The translations under genes and the position numbers were made by a program. From Fistulifera solaris (Eukaryota): a stretch of DNA of 64,000 nucleotides. The notes under the pieces are model-generated. The model was not told the origin of the DNA, searched no databases, and was given only the letters and a program-made list of their open reading frames with translations. The DNA is taken from contig AP026143.1 of the NCBI GenBank assembly GCA_030295235.1, positions 1-64,000 of the forward strand. Reading direction: 5' to 3'. Numbering within the stretch: the first letter of the stretch is position 1; every line of letters starts with the position of its first letter. This document shows positions 1 to 11,758 of the stretch, in pieces.

Positions 1-400
1 CTCCTAACCCTAACCCTAACCCTAACCCTAACCCTAACCCTAACCCCAACCCTAACCCTAACCCTAACCCCAACCCCAACCCTAACCCTAACCCCAACCC
101 CTAACCCTAACCCTAACCCTAACCCTAACCCTAACCCTAACCCTAACCCTAACCCTAACCCTAACCCTAACCCCAACCCTAACCCTAACCCTAACCCTAA
201 CCCTAACCCCAACCCTAACCCTAACCCTAACCCCAACCCCAACCCTAACCCTAACCCTAACCCTAACCCTAACCCTAACCCTAACCCTAACCCTAACCCT
301 AACCCTAACCCTAACCCTAACCCTAACCCTAACCCTAACCCTAACCCTAACCCTAACCCTAACCCTAACCCTAACCCTAACCCTAACCCTAACCCTAACC
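1..400 (+). repeat. Telomere, (CCCTAA)n, left chromosome end
   Basis: Continuous CCCTAA array from the window start, with scattered CCCCAA variants up to ~243, followed by TC(T)8AG. Confidence 0.98.
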
Positions 401-539
401 TCTTTTTTTTAGAATCGATGTCGATGATCTGTCGATTTTTCAATTTGCCCTTTCTCTTGCAGTCAAGTTACCAACCACCAACCACCACCAAGTTGTTTAC
501 GCTTGTCCTTTGGCCTCTGATCTGAGATCCGACTTCGGC

Positions 540-3034
540 ATGAACTCCCCCAGACCAGGAGCGCAGCAAGGGCTGCATCTGCTCAAGCCCCGTTGAAGAG
601 GTTGTTGTTGTGCCCGCATCCATCAATGAGGACAGTGCAGCACAAAAAGAAAACATTGGTTTTGTACCCACTGAAAAAGGCAAAGACTAATTACTGGGAT
701 TTCATCGTTCTTGCTGCATTCCAGTGAACGGAAGGAAGGCATCACAGTACAAGTCGGACCATGCTATATGTGCTTGGTGTCTCAAGTGCAATAAAGATGT
801 TGATTTCACCAAAGGTTCCTCGCAAGGTGTAATATCTCATCTAAAGCAGACTCACCCTGAGCATTTAAAAGCAAAGGCTGACGAGGAGGATGCAAAACAG
901 CTCCGCTCTTCGGCCGGATCGGTCAGAACATTCCAGACTTCGATTACTGATCTCCTTCGAAGTATGCCTCAAGCAGAGATGGCGCCGGCATCAAGGGCTG
1001 ACCAAAAGAGAGGAGAAGCAATTCTTTATACTGGATTGTCACCTCTGTGCGCTCCTTACAACATTGTCAATGACAATGGCTTCAATGGGTTCTGTGAGTT
1101 CTTGAACGGGCTGAAAACAAAGTTCACCATCACGGAACGAACCCGTCTTTCCAAGCAGGTGACCATGCTTAACAAAGTTGTCTCAATGAATATAAAGTAT
1201 CAACTCAAGGAGGATATGGATTGGTTCAGCATTACCACGGACATTTGGACTTCTCGAACAATGGAAAGCTTCATGGCCGTAACACTTCATTATCTAACAA
1301 GTGATTTTCAAATGAAGGAGTTTGTGCTCGAGGTTCGCCAATTTCCTTCTGCGCATACCGGCAGCTAATATAAAGTAAGTGTCCTGGAATTTTGTTTTAT
1401 GTCTGTTTTGTGCGACTTCTCACGAACCGCTAAAAGAGCCCTATTGGAAGATTGTTTTGAGACGGGGCTTGACAAGAGCAAGCTGGCAATGCTCGGCCCG
1501 AGACAACGCCTCCAATGGTGTAAAAGCATGTAACGATTGGGATGTCACACACTTTGGCTGTGTCGCCCATTGTATACATCTCATTGTTGGCCCGCTTTTT
1601 ATGCAGCAAGAAAGAAGAAGACAACGCGCAAGATCTGGTCAAGAAGGCGGCAGAAGCAACAAGTTGAGACCCACAAGCAGCAGCCGTAGTGTTGATGCAG
1701 AAGACACTGAAGATGCGGTGGAAGTGGAAGGAGACATTGGGGCATTTCCTGATCCCTTCACAGAAAGTGACGCCGCAAATGTAAAGAATTGCAGAAAGGC
1801 TGTCAATAAAGCTCGCGACCGCTTATAAGTTCTTCCGCAAGTCCGCAAAAGCTGCTGCAAAACTAGCTGAGTTGAACGGCGGAACAAAAATCCAGCCAAA
1901 AATGGATGTTCGTGACGCTGGTGGAATTCGACAAAGGAGATGTTGGCGCAGTTTCTTGACCATAGGGGAGCAATAGAAATGTTCCTTCAGTATTTGAGGA
2001 CACAGGCTGGAATTGCTGAGTTTGGTAGAAAGATCCCCAATTTATCTATGTCAGAGTGGGGCTTGTTAGAAGGCTTGGTTCTTCTTCTTGAGCCATTTGC
2101 GGTGATCACGAAAGATCTGTCGGGAACTCCTATCCGTCCTTTCCGCTAGCCATTCCTTTGCTTCAACATTTGTTACAGGAACTCAGCAGTACAGACCTGT
2201 TTGAAACGTGGAACTACGAGGGTGACGATAAAGACGAAGCTTTTAGAGATGCTTGACTCGCGGTCGGTAAAAGATATTTTAAAGTCCACCAAGGAACGGC
2301 TTGACAAGATGGTGATCAAAGACGGCAAGTTCCTTTGGGTCTCGTGATATTGACCCTCGCTTTCAGGGATGGATTCACCATTGACTTAATCATTAGATGA
2401 TGCGCAGAAAGAGATGGCGCTTATGGGATTTCGGGATGAAGCTATTGCGTTGGCGCAGTTAGAGTATCGTGAATGTCAGGAAGCTGCTGCTGCCGCCGCC
2501 GCTACCACCGCCACCGCCACCGCTGGTGCAAACGCGGCCACTTCTGGAGCCCCAGTAGCAACCAGTGCAGCACAACCTTTGGGACTAGCAAGAACTCCGC
2601 CACGGCCTCGGAAAAAGGCCAGACTAAGTCTTTTCCGACCACCGCCTCCCACAGCTCCAGGCCCAGAGAATGATGGCACAGGCAATCAAATACCATCAGA
2701 TGACTGGGACACAATCAAGGAAAAAGTTCTCAAGAGATGGAATACTATAGGAAATCAAAAATTGGTCCCAAAAGGCGTAGCATTGACCCACTTGCTTGGT
2801 GGCGTGAAAAGCAAGATGAATATCCGCATCTTGCTAGGGTGGCCAGGAAATGGCTTTGTGTCCCCGTCATCAACTGCGTCAGAAAGAGTGTTTTCAAGCT
2901 GTGGACTTGTCCTAAGCACAAAGCGCACCAACCTACATGGCAGTTCTTTAGAAGCACAAGTCAAACTCAAGTACAACTTGGGGAATTGTGGGATGTCTGT
3001 TGACCTAAATAGCGGAAGCCTTATAATATACTAA
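540..3034 (+). mobile_element. hAT-superfamily transposase, frameshifted or degenerate, with BED zinc finger
   Basis: Motifs across several frames: BED finger (NYWDF...CAWCLKC...SHLKQTH), first Asp in SITTDIWTS, ARDNASN, CxxH (CVAHCIHL), a WNST remnant near 1920, and the C-terminal dimerisation domain (DPLAWW...YPHLARVARKWLCVP; SSTASERVFS). Many indels. No TIR seen. Confidence 0.88.
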
Positions 3035-3155
3035 GTAACAGCTATAGTCGCGGCATGATAAAACTTAATACTTCTATATCTTATCAAGCACGGATTGCAA
3101 TAGAACTTGTGAAGCTTTGATAACGATATAGGAAGAGATATCAAACATCTGATCA

Positions 3156-4030
3156 CATTTTGTTGACGCCATTTCCAGCCCTCGGACACCTTCGCTGCCG
3201 TCGAGAAAGTTCGAAATCAAGTCATCTGGACATCTCCGGTCCGGTTTGCCTTTTGCTATTCAATCAAGACGCCAATAGGACGCGAAGTATGCAAAAAGAA
3301 CGGATTGATTCGTCGAAGAACCGCACTTTGCGTTGCATTTTGTTGACGCCATTTCCAGCCTCGGACACCTTTGGCGCCGTCGAAAGTTCGAAATCAAGTC
3401 ATCTGGACATCTCCGGTCCGGTTTGCATTTTGATAGTCAATCAAGACGTCAATAGGACGCGAAATATGCAAAAGAACGGAATGATTCGTCGAAGAACCGC
3501 ACTTTGCGTTGCATTTTGTTGACGCCATTTCCAGCCTCGGACACCTTCGTCGTCGGTGAAAGTTCGAAATCAAGTCATCTGGACATCTCCGGTCCGGTTT
3601 GCATTTTGATAGTCAATCAAGACGTCAATAGGACGCGAAATATGCAAAAGAACGGAATGATTCGTCGAAGAACCGCACTTTGCGTTGCATTTTGTTGACG
3701 CCATTTCCAGCCCTCGGACACCTTCGCCGTCGAAAGTTCGAAATCAAGTCATCTGGACATCGCCGGTCCGGTTTGCCTTTTGTTAGTCAACAAAGACGCC
3801 AATGGGACGCGAAGTATGTAAAAGAACGGAATGATTCGTCGAAGAACCGCCCTTTGCGTTGCATTTTGTTGACGCCATTTCCAGCCTCGGACACCTTCGC
3901 CGTCGAGAAAGTTCGAAATCAAGTCATCTCGACATCGCCGGTCCGCTTTGCCTTTTGATAGTCAACAAAGACGCCAATGGGACGCGAAGTATGCAAAAGA
4001 ACGGATTGATTCGTCGAAGAACCGCACTTT
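3156..4030. repeat. Subtelomeric satellite, ~5 copies of a ~176-bp unit
   Basis: The anchor TGTTGACGCCATTTCCAGCC recurs at 3161, 3341, 3517, 3693 and 3867 (periods 180/176/176/174). About 1.4 further units lie at ~5763-6017. Confidence 0.95.
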
Positions 4031-4116
4031 GTCTTATTCATGAGTTTAGTGTGCCGAGTTCATCATGATCTATGATCCCCAGCGATCATCGATTTAATTA
4101 TGACCACAAAGTAATA

Positions 4117-4130
4117 TAGGGTTAGGGTTA
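4117..4130 (+). repeat. Interstitial telomeric motif TAGGGTTAGGGTTA, opposite orientation to the terminal array
   Basis: Read directly; a second copy is at 6103-6116. Confidence 0.85.
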
Positions 4131-5005
4131 GTTTAGTGATCTCCTCGAAGACTCGAGTAAAGTGAAAGTAAAGTGAACTTCGTGGGCTATAGTGAAGTTG
4201 CTTGTTACAGTGAAAAAGTCACATCTGTGGCGCCTGCCTGCCTGCTCTGCCAGGCGCCTGCCTGCCTAAAATAACCGGCAACCTTGGCTACATGGAGTTG
4301 AGACGATCGGACACCAGCTTACATTTTTCATTTTTCGATCTTGAATGTTGGCTCTTCACTCTTGACAGTTGACAGTTGTCAAATAATGTGTGTGTGTCTG
4401 ATCCACGACCAGAGAAAATAAATAATAAGTTAATTATACTTGACTGGCTGCCTTCAGTAGTATAATTCATAATTCTTCAGAATGTTGTACATTTTTCATT
4501 TTTTGATCGTGACTGTTGACTGTTGACTCTCGACAGTTGACAGTTTACAGTTGCCAACTGTCAAATGTCAGATGTCAGATTGTTTGTAAAGGCCAAAAAC
4601 CAAAAGACGTAAAGGCCCATTGAACTGGGAACTTATTGTTCACGAGTTACAAGATACAGGACGGAGTTTTTACTTTTACCAGCTCATGCAGGTTGAAGGT
4701 ATGAACTCCAATCTCCACTGTAGGAACAAATAATTGCAAAAGGCAAGTACTTTTTGTGAATTATGTCCCTGAAGCATTTTGTTTTCCCGATGCTGAATTG
4801 TAGTGCTAAAAAGTCCCAGGTCACAGTTCCCAGATCACAGAGCCAGAGCAAGTGTAATGCGAAAAGAGAGCGCACGCTGAACGCTGAATTCCATATTATT
4901 TCATGGCCAGCAAAAAGCGAGTGTAAACTTGATCACAAAAATCATTTTGTGCATTTGCTATTTGCAATCATTTTTGCTTCACCGACTTTTCACCTCAACC
5001 AAACC

Positions 5006-5762
5006 ATGATGTTGCGCGCTTCTTTCCTTCTTTCTTTGGTCGCTGGTAAGTTGTCCATCTGCTGTCGTTGTCTCAAGCATATCTTTCTATCGATTGCATT
5101 GCATTCTCAACAGTTTGATCTTTTGACAGGAGCGGCACCGACCATGGGCCAATCCCTTTTCTCACGCTGAAACAATCTTATGCTTTGGAGCCGGAGAAGA
5201 CAATTCGCCTGCCGATCTGCTCACGCCAAACAACGACCGGTTGATACGCCAAGCAACGCGACCGGTTGATACGCCAACTAGCGCACCTGCTGATACGCCG
5301 CCTAACGAGACACGCACATGCTCGACTCGTGTTGGGACAGGCCAATGTATTGATAGCAATGATGACCCTCATCCTGTATGCTTCATGGAAGGCATTACAT
5401 TCAAGGAGTGCCAGCAAGTGGCTATTGACAACATTGATGTGCTTGGCTTCACACACTACGAAGATACTGACGAAAACGGCGCAATCTTTGTCGCTTGCAG
5501 TGTGCACTATGATTCTACAAATGCAGATTTCCAATGCCCCGGATACCTGGGAGAACAGTGGCCTGAACGTTTTCTATGAAGGAACAGGTCCGATTCGAGA
5601 TAGTGACCGTTACCCTGGTGTGGACTGCTACACGTGCGAGTTGAATTTCAAACCTGTGATTCCGCCTTTCACCATTCGCTCCTGTAGTAAATACGGGATG
5701 GAATTTGTTTGGATGGCAATCAAAATGTTTTCCCGTATTGTTACAAGTTCTATGTGAGTTTG
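5006..5762 (+). pseudogene. 3'-truncated copy of the secreted Cys-rich protein gene
   Basis: Same signal peptide, intron and first domain as the copy at 6999, but it is cut at the duplication junction inside the second domain. Confidence 0.7.
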
Positions 5763-6998
5763 GTTAGTCAACAAAGACGCCAATGGGACGCGAAGTATGT
5801 AAAAAGAACGGATTGATTCGTCGAAGAACCGCCCTTTGGCGTTGCATTTTGTTGACGCCATTTCCAGCCTCGGACACCTTCGCGTCGTCGGTGAAAGTTC
5901 GAAATCAAGTCATCTCGACATCGCCGGTCCGCTTTGCCTTTTGATAGTCAACAAAGACGCCAATGGGACGCGAAGTATGCAAAAGAACGGATTGATTCGT
6001 CGAAGAACCGCACTTTGTCTTATTCATGAGTTTAGTGTGCCGAAGTTCATCATGATCTATGATCCCCGCGATCATCGATTTAATTATGACCACAAAGTAA
6101 TATAGGGTTAGGGTTAGTTTAGTGATCTCCTCGAAGACTCGAGTAAAGTGAAAGTAAAGTGAACTTTGTGGGCTATAGTGAAGTTGCTTGTTACAGTGAA
6201 AAAGTCACATGTCTATTCTGTGGCGCCTGCCTGCCTGTTCGCCATGCCTGCCTAAAAATAACCGGCAACCTTGGCTACATGGAGTTGAGACGATCGGACA
6301 CCAGCTTACATTTTTCATTTTTCGATCTTGAATGTTGGCTCTTCACTCTTGACAGTTGACAGTTGTCAAATAATGTGTGTGTGTCTGATCCACGACCAGA
6401 GAAAATAAATAATAAGTTAATTATACTTGACTGGCTGCCTTCAGTAGTATAATTCATAATTCTTCAGAATGTTGTACATTTTTCATTTTTTGATCGTGAC
6501 TGTTGACTGTTGACTCTCGACAGTTGACAGTTTACAGTTGCCAACTGTCAAATGTCAGATGTCAGATTGTTTGTAAAGGCCAAAAAACCAAAAGACGCAA
6601 GGCCCATTGAACTGGGAACTTATTGTTCACGAAGTTACAAGATACAGGACGGAGTTTTTACTTTTACCAGCTCATGCAGGTTGAAGGTATGAACTCCAAT
6701 CTCCACTGTAGGAACAAATAATTGCAAAAGGCAAGTACTTTTTGTGAATTATGTCCCTGAAGCATTTTGTTTTCCGATGCTGAATTGTAGTGCCGTAAAA
6801 AGTCCCAGGTCACAGTTCCCAGATCACAGAGCCAGAGCAAGTGTAATGCGAAAAGGCAGAGCGCACGCTGAACGCTGAATTCCATATTATTTCATGGCCA
6901 GCAAAAAGCGAGTGTGTAAACTTGATCACAAAAATCATTTTGTGCATTTGCTATTTGCAATCATTTTTGCTTCACCGACTTTTCACCTCAACCAAACC

Positions 6999-7970
6999 AT
7001 GATGTTGCGCGCTTCTTTCCTTCTTTCTTTGGTCGCTGGTAAGTTGTCCATCTGCTGTCGTTGTCTCAAGCATATCTTTCTATCGATTGCATTGCATTCT
7101 CAACAGTTTGATCTTTTGACAGGAGCGGCACCGACCATGGGCCAATCCCTTTTCTCACGCTGAAACAATCTTATGCTTTGGAGCTGGAGAAGACAATTCG
7201 CCCTGCCGATCTGCCTACGCCAAACAGCGCACCGGTTGATACGCCAAGCAACGCGACCGGTTGATACGCCAACTAGCGCACCTGCTGATACGCCGCCTAA
7301 CGAGACACGCACATGCTCGACTCGTGTTGGGACAGGCCAATGTATTGATAGCAATGATGACCCTCATCCTGTATGCTTCGCGGAAGGCATTACATTCAAG
7401 GAGTGCCAGCAAGTGGCTATTGACAACATTGATGTGCTTGGCTTCACACACTACGAAGATACTGACGAAAACGGCGCAATCTTTGTCGCTTGCAGTGTGC
7501 ACTATGATTCTACAAATGCAGATTTCCAATGCCCGGATACCTGGGAGAACAGTGGCCTGAACGTTTTCTATGAAGGAACAGGTCCGATTCGAGATAGTGA
7601 CCGTTACCCTGGTGTGGACTGCTACACGTGCGAAGTTGAATTTCAAACCTGTGATTCCGCCTTTCACCATTCGCCTCCTGTAGTAAATACGGGATGGAAT
7701 TTGTTTGGATGGCAATCAAAATGTTTTCCGTATTGTTACAAGTTCTATGTGAGTTTGGAACTTTGCAAGTTACGAGCCGCTGAAAACAATGCGATTGGGA
7801 TTGATTTTGATGATGGTTTTCTTTGTGCTTTGCTATTCGATGCAGGGAAATCGTTTGAATGCCCAACTGGTTACAAACGTCTCGCCGGCAGTGGCGACGT
7901 AGGAACGGGTTCGATTGAGGGTATACATCCCAGTGACAGTAGTGACTGCTACAAATGCGTAGATATTTGA
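6999..7970 (+). CDS. Secreted Cys-rich protein with a Pro/Thr linker and two related ~100-aa domains
   Basis: Signal peptide MMLRASFLLSLVAG, GT-AG intron 7039-7122, linker PVDTPTSAPADTPP, then two units ending CP...GTGPI...DCYTC and CP...GTGSI...DCYKC. Probable indels near 7160-7230 and ~7690. Confidence 0.7.
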
Positions 7971-8270
7971 TATAAATAAGCAGAAATAAAAAATGCTTAT
8001 CGTATTTATTTTGAGGCGCTTACCATGGGTTACATCTGGTCATCCATTTCGACCATTTCTTTAAGATTATGTGCCCTGTGGCGACAATTTGTTTCGATAT
8101 TGCAGTGGCATCCTTGTGACAAGTATGGACCTGAGTCTCTTACCGCTGCCTATTGACCATCCTAACTTAAAGTTAACTTCGTCTGTCGATCAATTACAAG
8201 TTTGTAAATCCTAACTCATAGCAACTGCATAAGTTAAGTCAAGGAAATGTTGCTCCTTTCGCAATTGTCT

Positions 8271-9638
8271 CTAGTCGTGACCACAGTTTAATTGCTCTTG
8301 CAGCTCACGCGCCAAGTCACTGTCGGATCGTTGAAGTGCTCCGTCTGGGAGCCTCAACAAAACAGGTTCGATCGGTTGCAACTCAAAAACCGTCTTTTTG
8401 TTCATACAATGCCCATCAGCCAACTTCTTGCCTGATGGCACACTCTGCGGCACAGCTTCAAAAAACACGGATTGATTGTCGTGTTCCCAACAGGACAATA
8501 AGAATTGTATATGATTACGAAAATCCTCCAAGTCCGGTTGAATCGCTTTTAACGCAACCACGCGAGTGATATCAGGCACTCCTCGACTAGCAATACTAGT
8601 TCTTGTCTTCATAGCTATGCCCGCTTCCGACAGAAAAGCAATCGCCAACCCATACTCCTGATTCTCCCAACAAGCTCGAGCTTGAAAATACAATGTCAGC
8701 CCCTCGTGCACCGCTATCTGTAACGCTACCAAAGTCAAAAAGTCTTTATCGAGTCTCTGCATCGGATCAAACGCTTCGCGACGCAAGAGCGCAATAAAGC
8801 CATCGAGTTGCTGTTGTACGCCAAGACACAATTTTGCAAGTAACGAATAGTTCGGCGTGCCGGGCTTCATCAACAAAGTTGCCACCGCCATTTGTTGCCC
8901 ATTCGTCTGAAACAGCAAACACAATGCCTTGGCCATGGCACCGTGACACTCGCTCGGTAACTTCGTTGCATCGACACTGGAACCTTTCGCTATCCATTTC
9001 GGCAGAAGATCGTCACTGAGAAATGCCCATATTCCCGCCGCGGTCGCATAGGCTCGACTGGACGCCGCAAAATCCCCCCGCAATGGAATGTTCTGTTGCT
9101 AGCAATGCCTGCCCCAAGCCAGTTGTAGCAACTGTCATGCACAAATCGTACAATATAGCTTCCGAAGCGAAGGCTTGTGCGTGCGTCGAACCTTCGACAC
9201 CACTAACCCATTCGAATACGAGCTTTTCGTCCAAACGCGCTTGTTCGGGTTGAATTTGACAAGACAATAAGATAGTGTTGATGAGTGGTTCATACCGCTG
9301 TGCACACTCGATCACTCGCTCTGCGGATACTTTCGAAGCGCAACAAGCCTCTTGCAAAAGACGACGCGCTTCGTCGGCTTGTTTCATATGGCGTCGGGTC
9401 TTTGCGTCTTTTCCTGTCGTATAAAAGGCATCGAAAAAGGATATTTTGCGTGGTGTGGGTTGCGGAACTCGAAAGCGATGTACGACTGCGTAAGGAAAGT
9501 GAGAAATGGAGTGTCAAGCAATCGATCTTTCTTTCGTCGTCGTCAGTTTCTGTTTTTCTTACCTGCCGCCAAACGAATAGCTGAATCGGGATGTTCCGTT
9601 TTCGGTTTCTCCAGATCTTTGTACAAGTAATCAGACAT
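8271..9638 (-). CDS. BRO1-domain protein (BROX-like, ESCRT-associated)
   Basis: Exon 1 MSDYLYKDLEK (9638-9563), intron 9562-9486. Motifs LVFEWVSG, EAILYDL, YATAAGIWAFL, YGLAIAFL, HDNQSVFFEAVP. One frameshift at the C-run near 9075. Confidence 0.8.
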
Positions 9639-10435
9639 TTTTTAAGTTAAAAAGGTGGAGTAGGGAAGACTGACCAAAAAATGAACGAGCTGCAAGCTTG
9701 TGATGACTTTCGTCTTGATTGTTTTGTTGTTGTTGCTGCTTTGTGCTTGCGAGCGGAGCGCGCAGCCTTTTGCTTCTGCACCTTGCGGCAAATAGTATAA
9801 TGACGCCACGCTCAGCACTCTCAACTACACAAGACTGGGAGTTCCAAGTAACCTTAGTCGATGAGACAGAACAATTGATCGTTAGGTTAAGATAACCGTT
9901 TTTAACGTCCATCTCGTAGAAACCAAAAAGCACAGAGAAGTTATCTCGATAGAAAAAGTAGCAAGCAAAGAAATGGGATCCGAGTTTTTGGTTGTTGTTT
10001 GTTGTAGGTTGTAGGTTGTAGTTCCGAGTTCGATAAATCGCGTCCATTCTCCCACACTCTCTGGTTATACTGAGACCTCATACATAGAAAGGGAAGGGTA
10101 CTTCTTAGTTCAATGAAAATTGTTTGATTTATTCGTGCTTCCCATTGATACAAAACAGTACAATCTTGAAGCAAAGCAGAAAGCAGACGCAAGCGACAAC
10201 TTCTTCTCATCCTTTCATTATTTTACTTTTGCTTAACTCACCATTCATCATTCATCATTCATCATTACCGGTACATTGCAATAATTGCAAACCACGCTTC
10301 ATCTTTCGTCACCATATCAATCAATTTTTTGGTTGTTGCTGTTGTTGGACGACTCACCGCGTCACTGATCCACAGTTCGTAACGACAAGCAACTCCGAGC
10401 TTTGTATATCGATCAGATTTCAGAACAACAAAAAG

Positions 10436-11758
10436 ATGACGATCCGCAGTATTGTAACCCAAGATTTTCGATTTATGCTTTCCCTGATCTCAGCGCTTTT
10501 GCTCCTGGTTATACATTCTTTGTCAATCGCTCGATACGTTGCACCAGAAGCTCCCTTGGACGACGTGACGATCTTTTCTTTAGAGACAATCCAGTCATTT
10601 TCCGCTGCATCAATTGCGCAGACGAGAGAAGGTTACGACTGTTCGAATATTTTCTTGTATATACCTCAGGGTTTCGAGGGAAGCGGAATAACGTCAAAGT
10701 TACAAAACTTTATTTTGGCATCACATGTGGCAGCTTCGTTCCATCGTGAAATTGTTGTGATTGATCCTGGATTAAAGGCCTCGTCAGAATCCTTAGGCTG
10801 CATTTCTAAAAGGAACAGAAATCAGTACGTCGATTTACTTGATTTACTTGAGATTCCATCGTCGACGGCCTGCAAGAAGGCATTGTGTACCAAGACATAC
10901 TTCGAATGGAAAGAAATCCTGGCCACAGCAAAATCGAACAATGAGCTCACTATTGTTACATGCTACAAGAAGGGCAATGGGCCACCGACATCGGTGATGG
11001 TTAGTGGCGGATTTGCTCTAAGAGACTTATACCCTGCTCCTCTTCACAACACTGCCAATCAAGTCGACTTCCCTCATTGGGTACCTCATTTAGGAGCAAC
11101 GCCACGACAGCTGGAATTCTTTAAGAACACTAGTAACACAGCTGAGGATCTGTGGATGGGCGTCGCTGGACTTATAGCACCCAAAATCCAGTGGCGATCT
11201 TCCGTTCGAAAGCACGTGGAAGAACTTGTCACCGAATTGCATCTTCCGCCGCGCTTCACTGCAATCCATGTTCGACGGGGTGATAAGTTGAACGGCGAAG
11301 CATACGAAATGGTGAAAGCTTATTGGGAATCTCGTGGCGGCAATCCGAACAAGATCAATTATTTGCCTCTAGAGGCTTACGTGGATCAACTAGACATTTT
11401 CCGCGATCCGTTGGACATTTACATAGCCACGGATGATCCTGAGACCGTCGGGAAAGAAATTGAACAGCTCGAAGCGACCAGCACCAAGTGGCAGTTCCAT
11501 ATTCTTTCCGGTCATCGTTCTCATCCAGGACACGTGTTACAAGAGAAGAATTGCACTGTGCGCTATGCCATGACGATGGACGCCCTGGTGGAGCTGGAAG
11601 TCCTTATCCGCGCGGACGTGTTTGTTGGCGAATTCAATTCGAATTGGGGCAAGTACATTCACACAATGAGGACAGATTTCACTGGGCCCTATCCAAAAGT
11701 TCGCGATTTCCGGTTTGCCATTGCTCTAGAAAGAGAGAATCAATATCTGGGACATTGA
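10436..11758 (+). CDS. Alpha-1,6-fucosyltransferase-like glycosyltransferase (GT23/NodZ/FUT8 type), type II membrane protein
   Basis: N-terminal TM helix and the three family motifs AIHVRRGDK, IYIATDD and LIRADVFVGEFNSNWG. First in-frame ATG is at 10436. Confidence 0.8.
   Translation: MTIRSIVTQDFRFMLSLISALLLLVIHSLSIARYVAPEAPLDDVTIFSLETIQSFSAASIAQTREGYDCSNIFLYIPQGFEGSGITSKLQNFILASHVAASFHREIVVIDPGLKASSESLGCISKRNRNQYVDLLDLLEIPSSTACKKALCTKTYFEWKEILATAKSNNELTIVTCYKKGNGPPTSVMVSGGFALRDLYPAPLHNTANQVDFPHWVPHLGATPRQLEFFKNTSNTAEDLWMGVAGLIAPKIQWRSSVRKHVEELVTELHLPPRFTAIHVRRGDKLNGEAYEMVKAYWESRGGNPNKINYLPLEAYVDQLDIFRDPLDIYIATDDPETVGKEIEQLEATSTKWQFHILSGHRSHPGHVLQEKNCTVRYAMTMDALVELEVLIRADVFVGEFNSNWGKYIHTMRTDFTGPYPKVRDFRFAIALERENQYLGH

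Larger units (their letters stand above)
3782..7758. repeat. ~2-kb tandem segmental duplication (3782-5762 and ~5763-7758)
   Basis: Both copies begin GTTAGTCAACAAAGACGCCAATGGGACGCG and end TTACAAGTTCTATGTGAGTTTGG. The ORF track gives the same 60-aa translation at 4288 and 6275. Confidence 0.93.

Noticed and set aside
401..411. Poly(A) tail of a telomere-specific non-LTR retrotransposon
   Set aside because: Only eight T residues, and the adjacent sequence is a hAT transposase with no RT or endonuclease motifs.
3160..4068. Repeat-protein ORFs in the satellite
   Set aside because: The unit length is not a multiple of 3 and the frames close; these are translation by-products.
4117..4130. Telomerase RNA template on the minus strand
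   Set aside because: It lies in a duplicated subtelomeric block, and I could not identify a promoter or structural elements.
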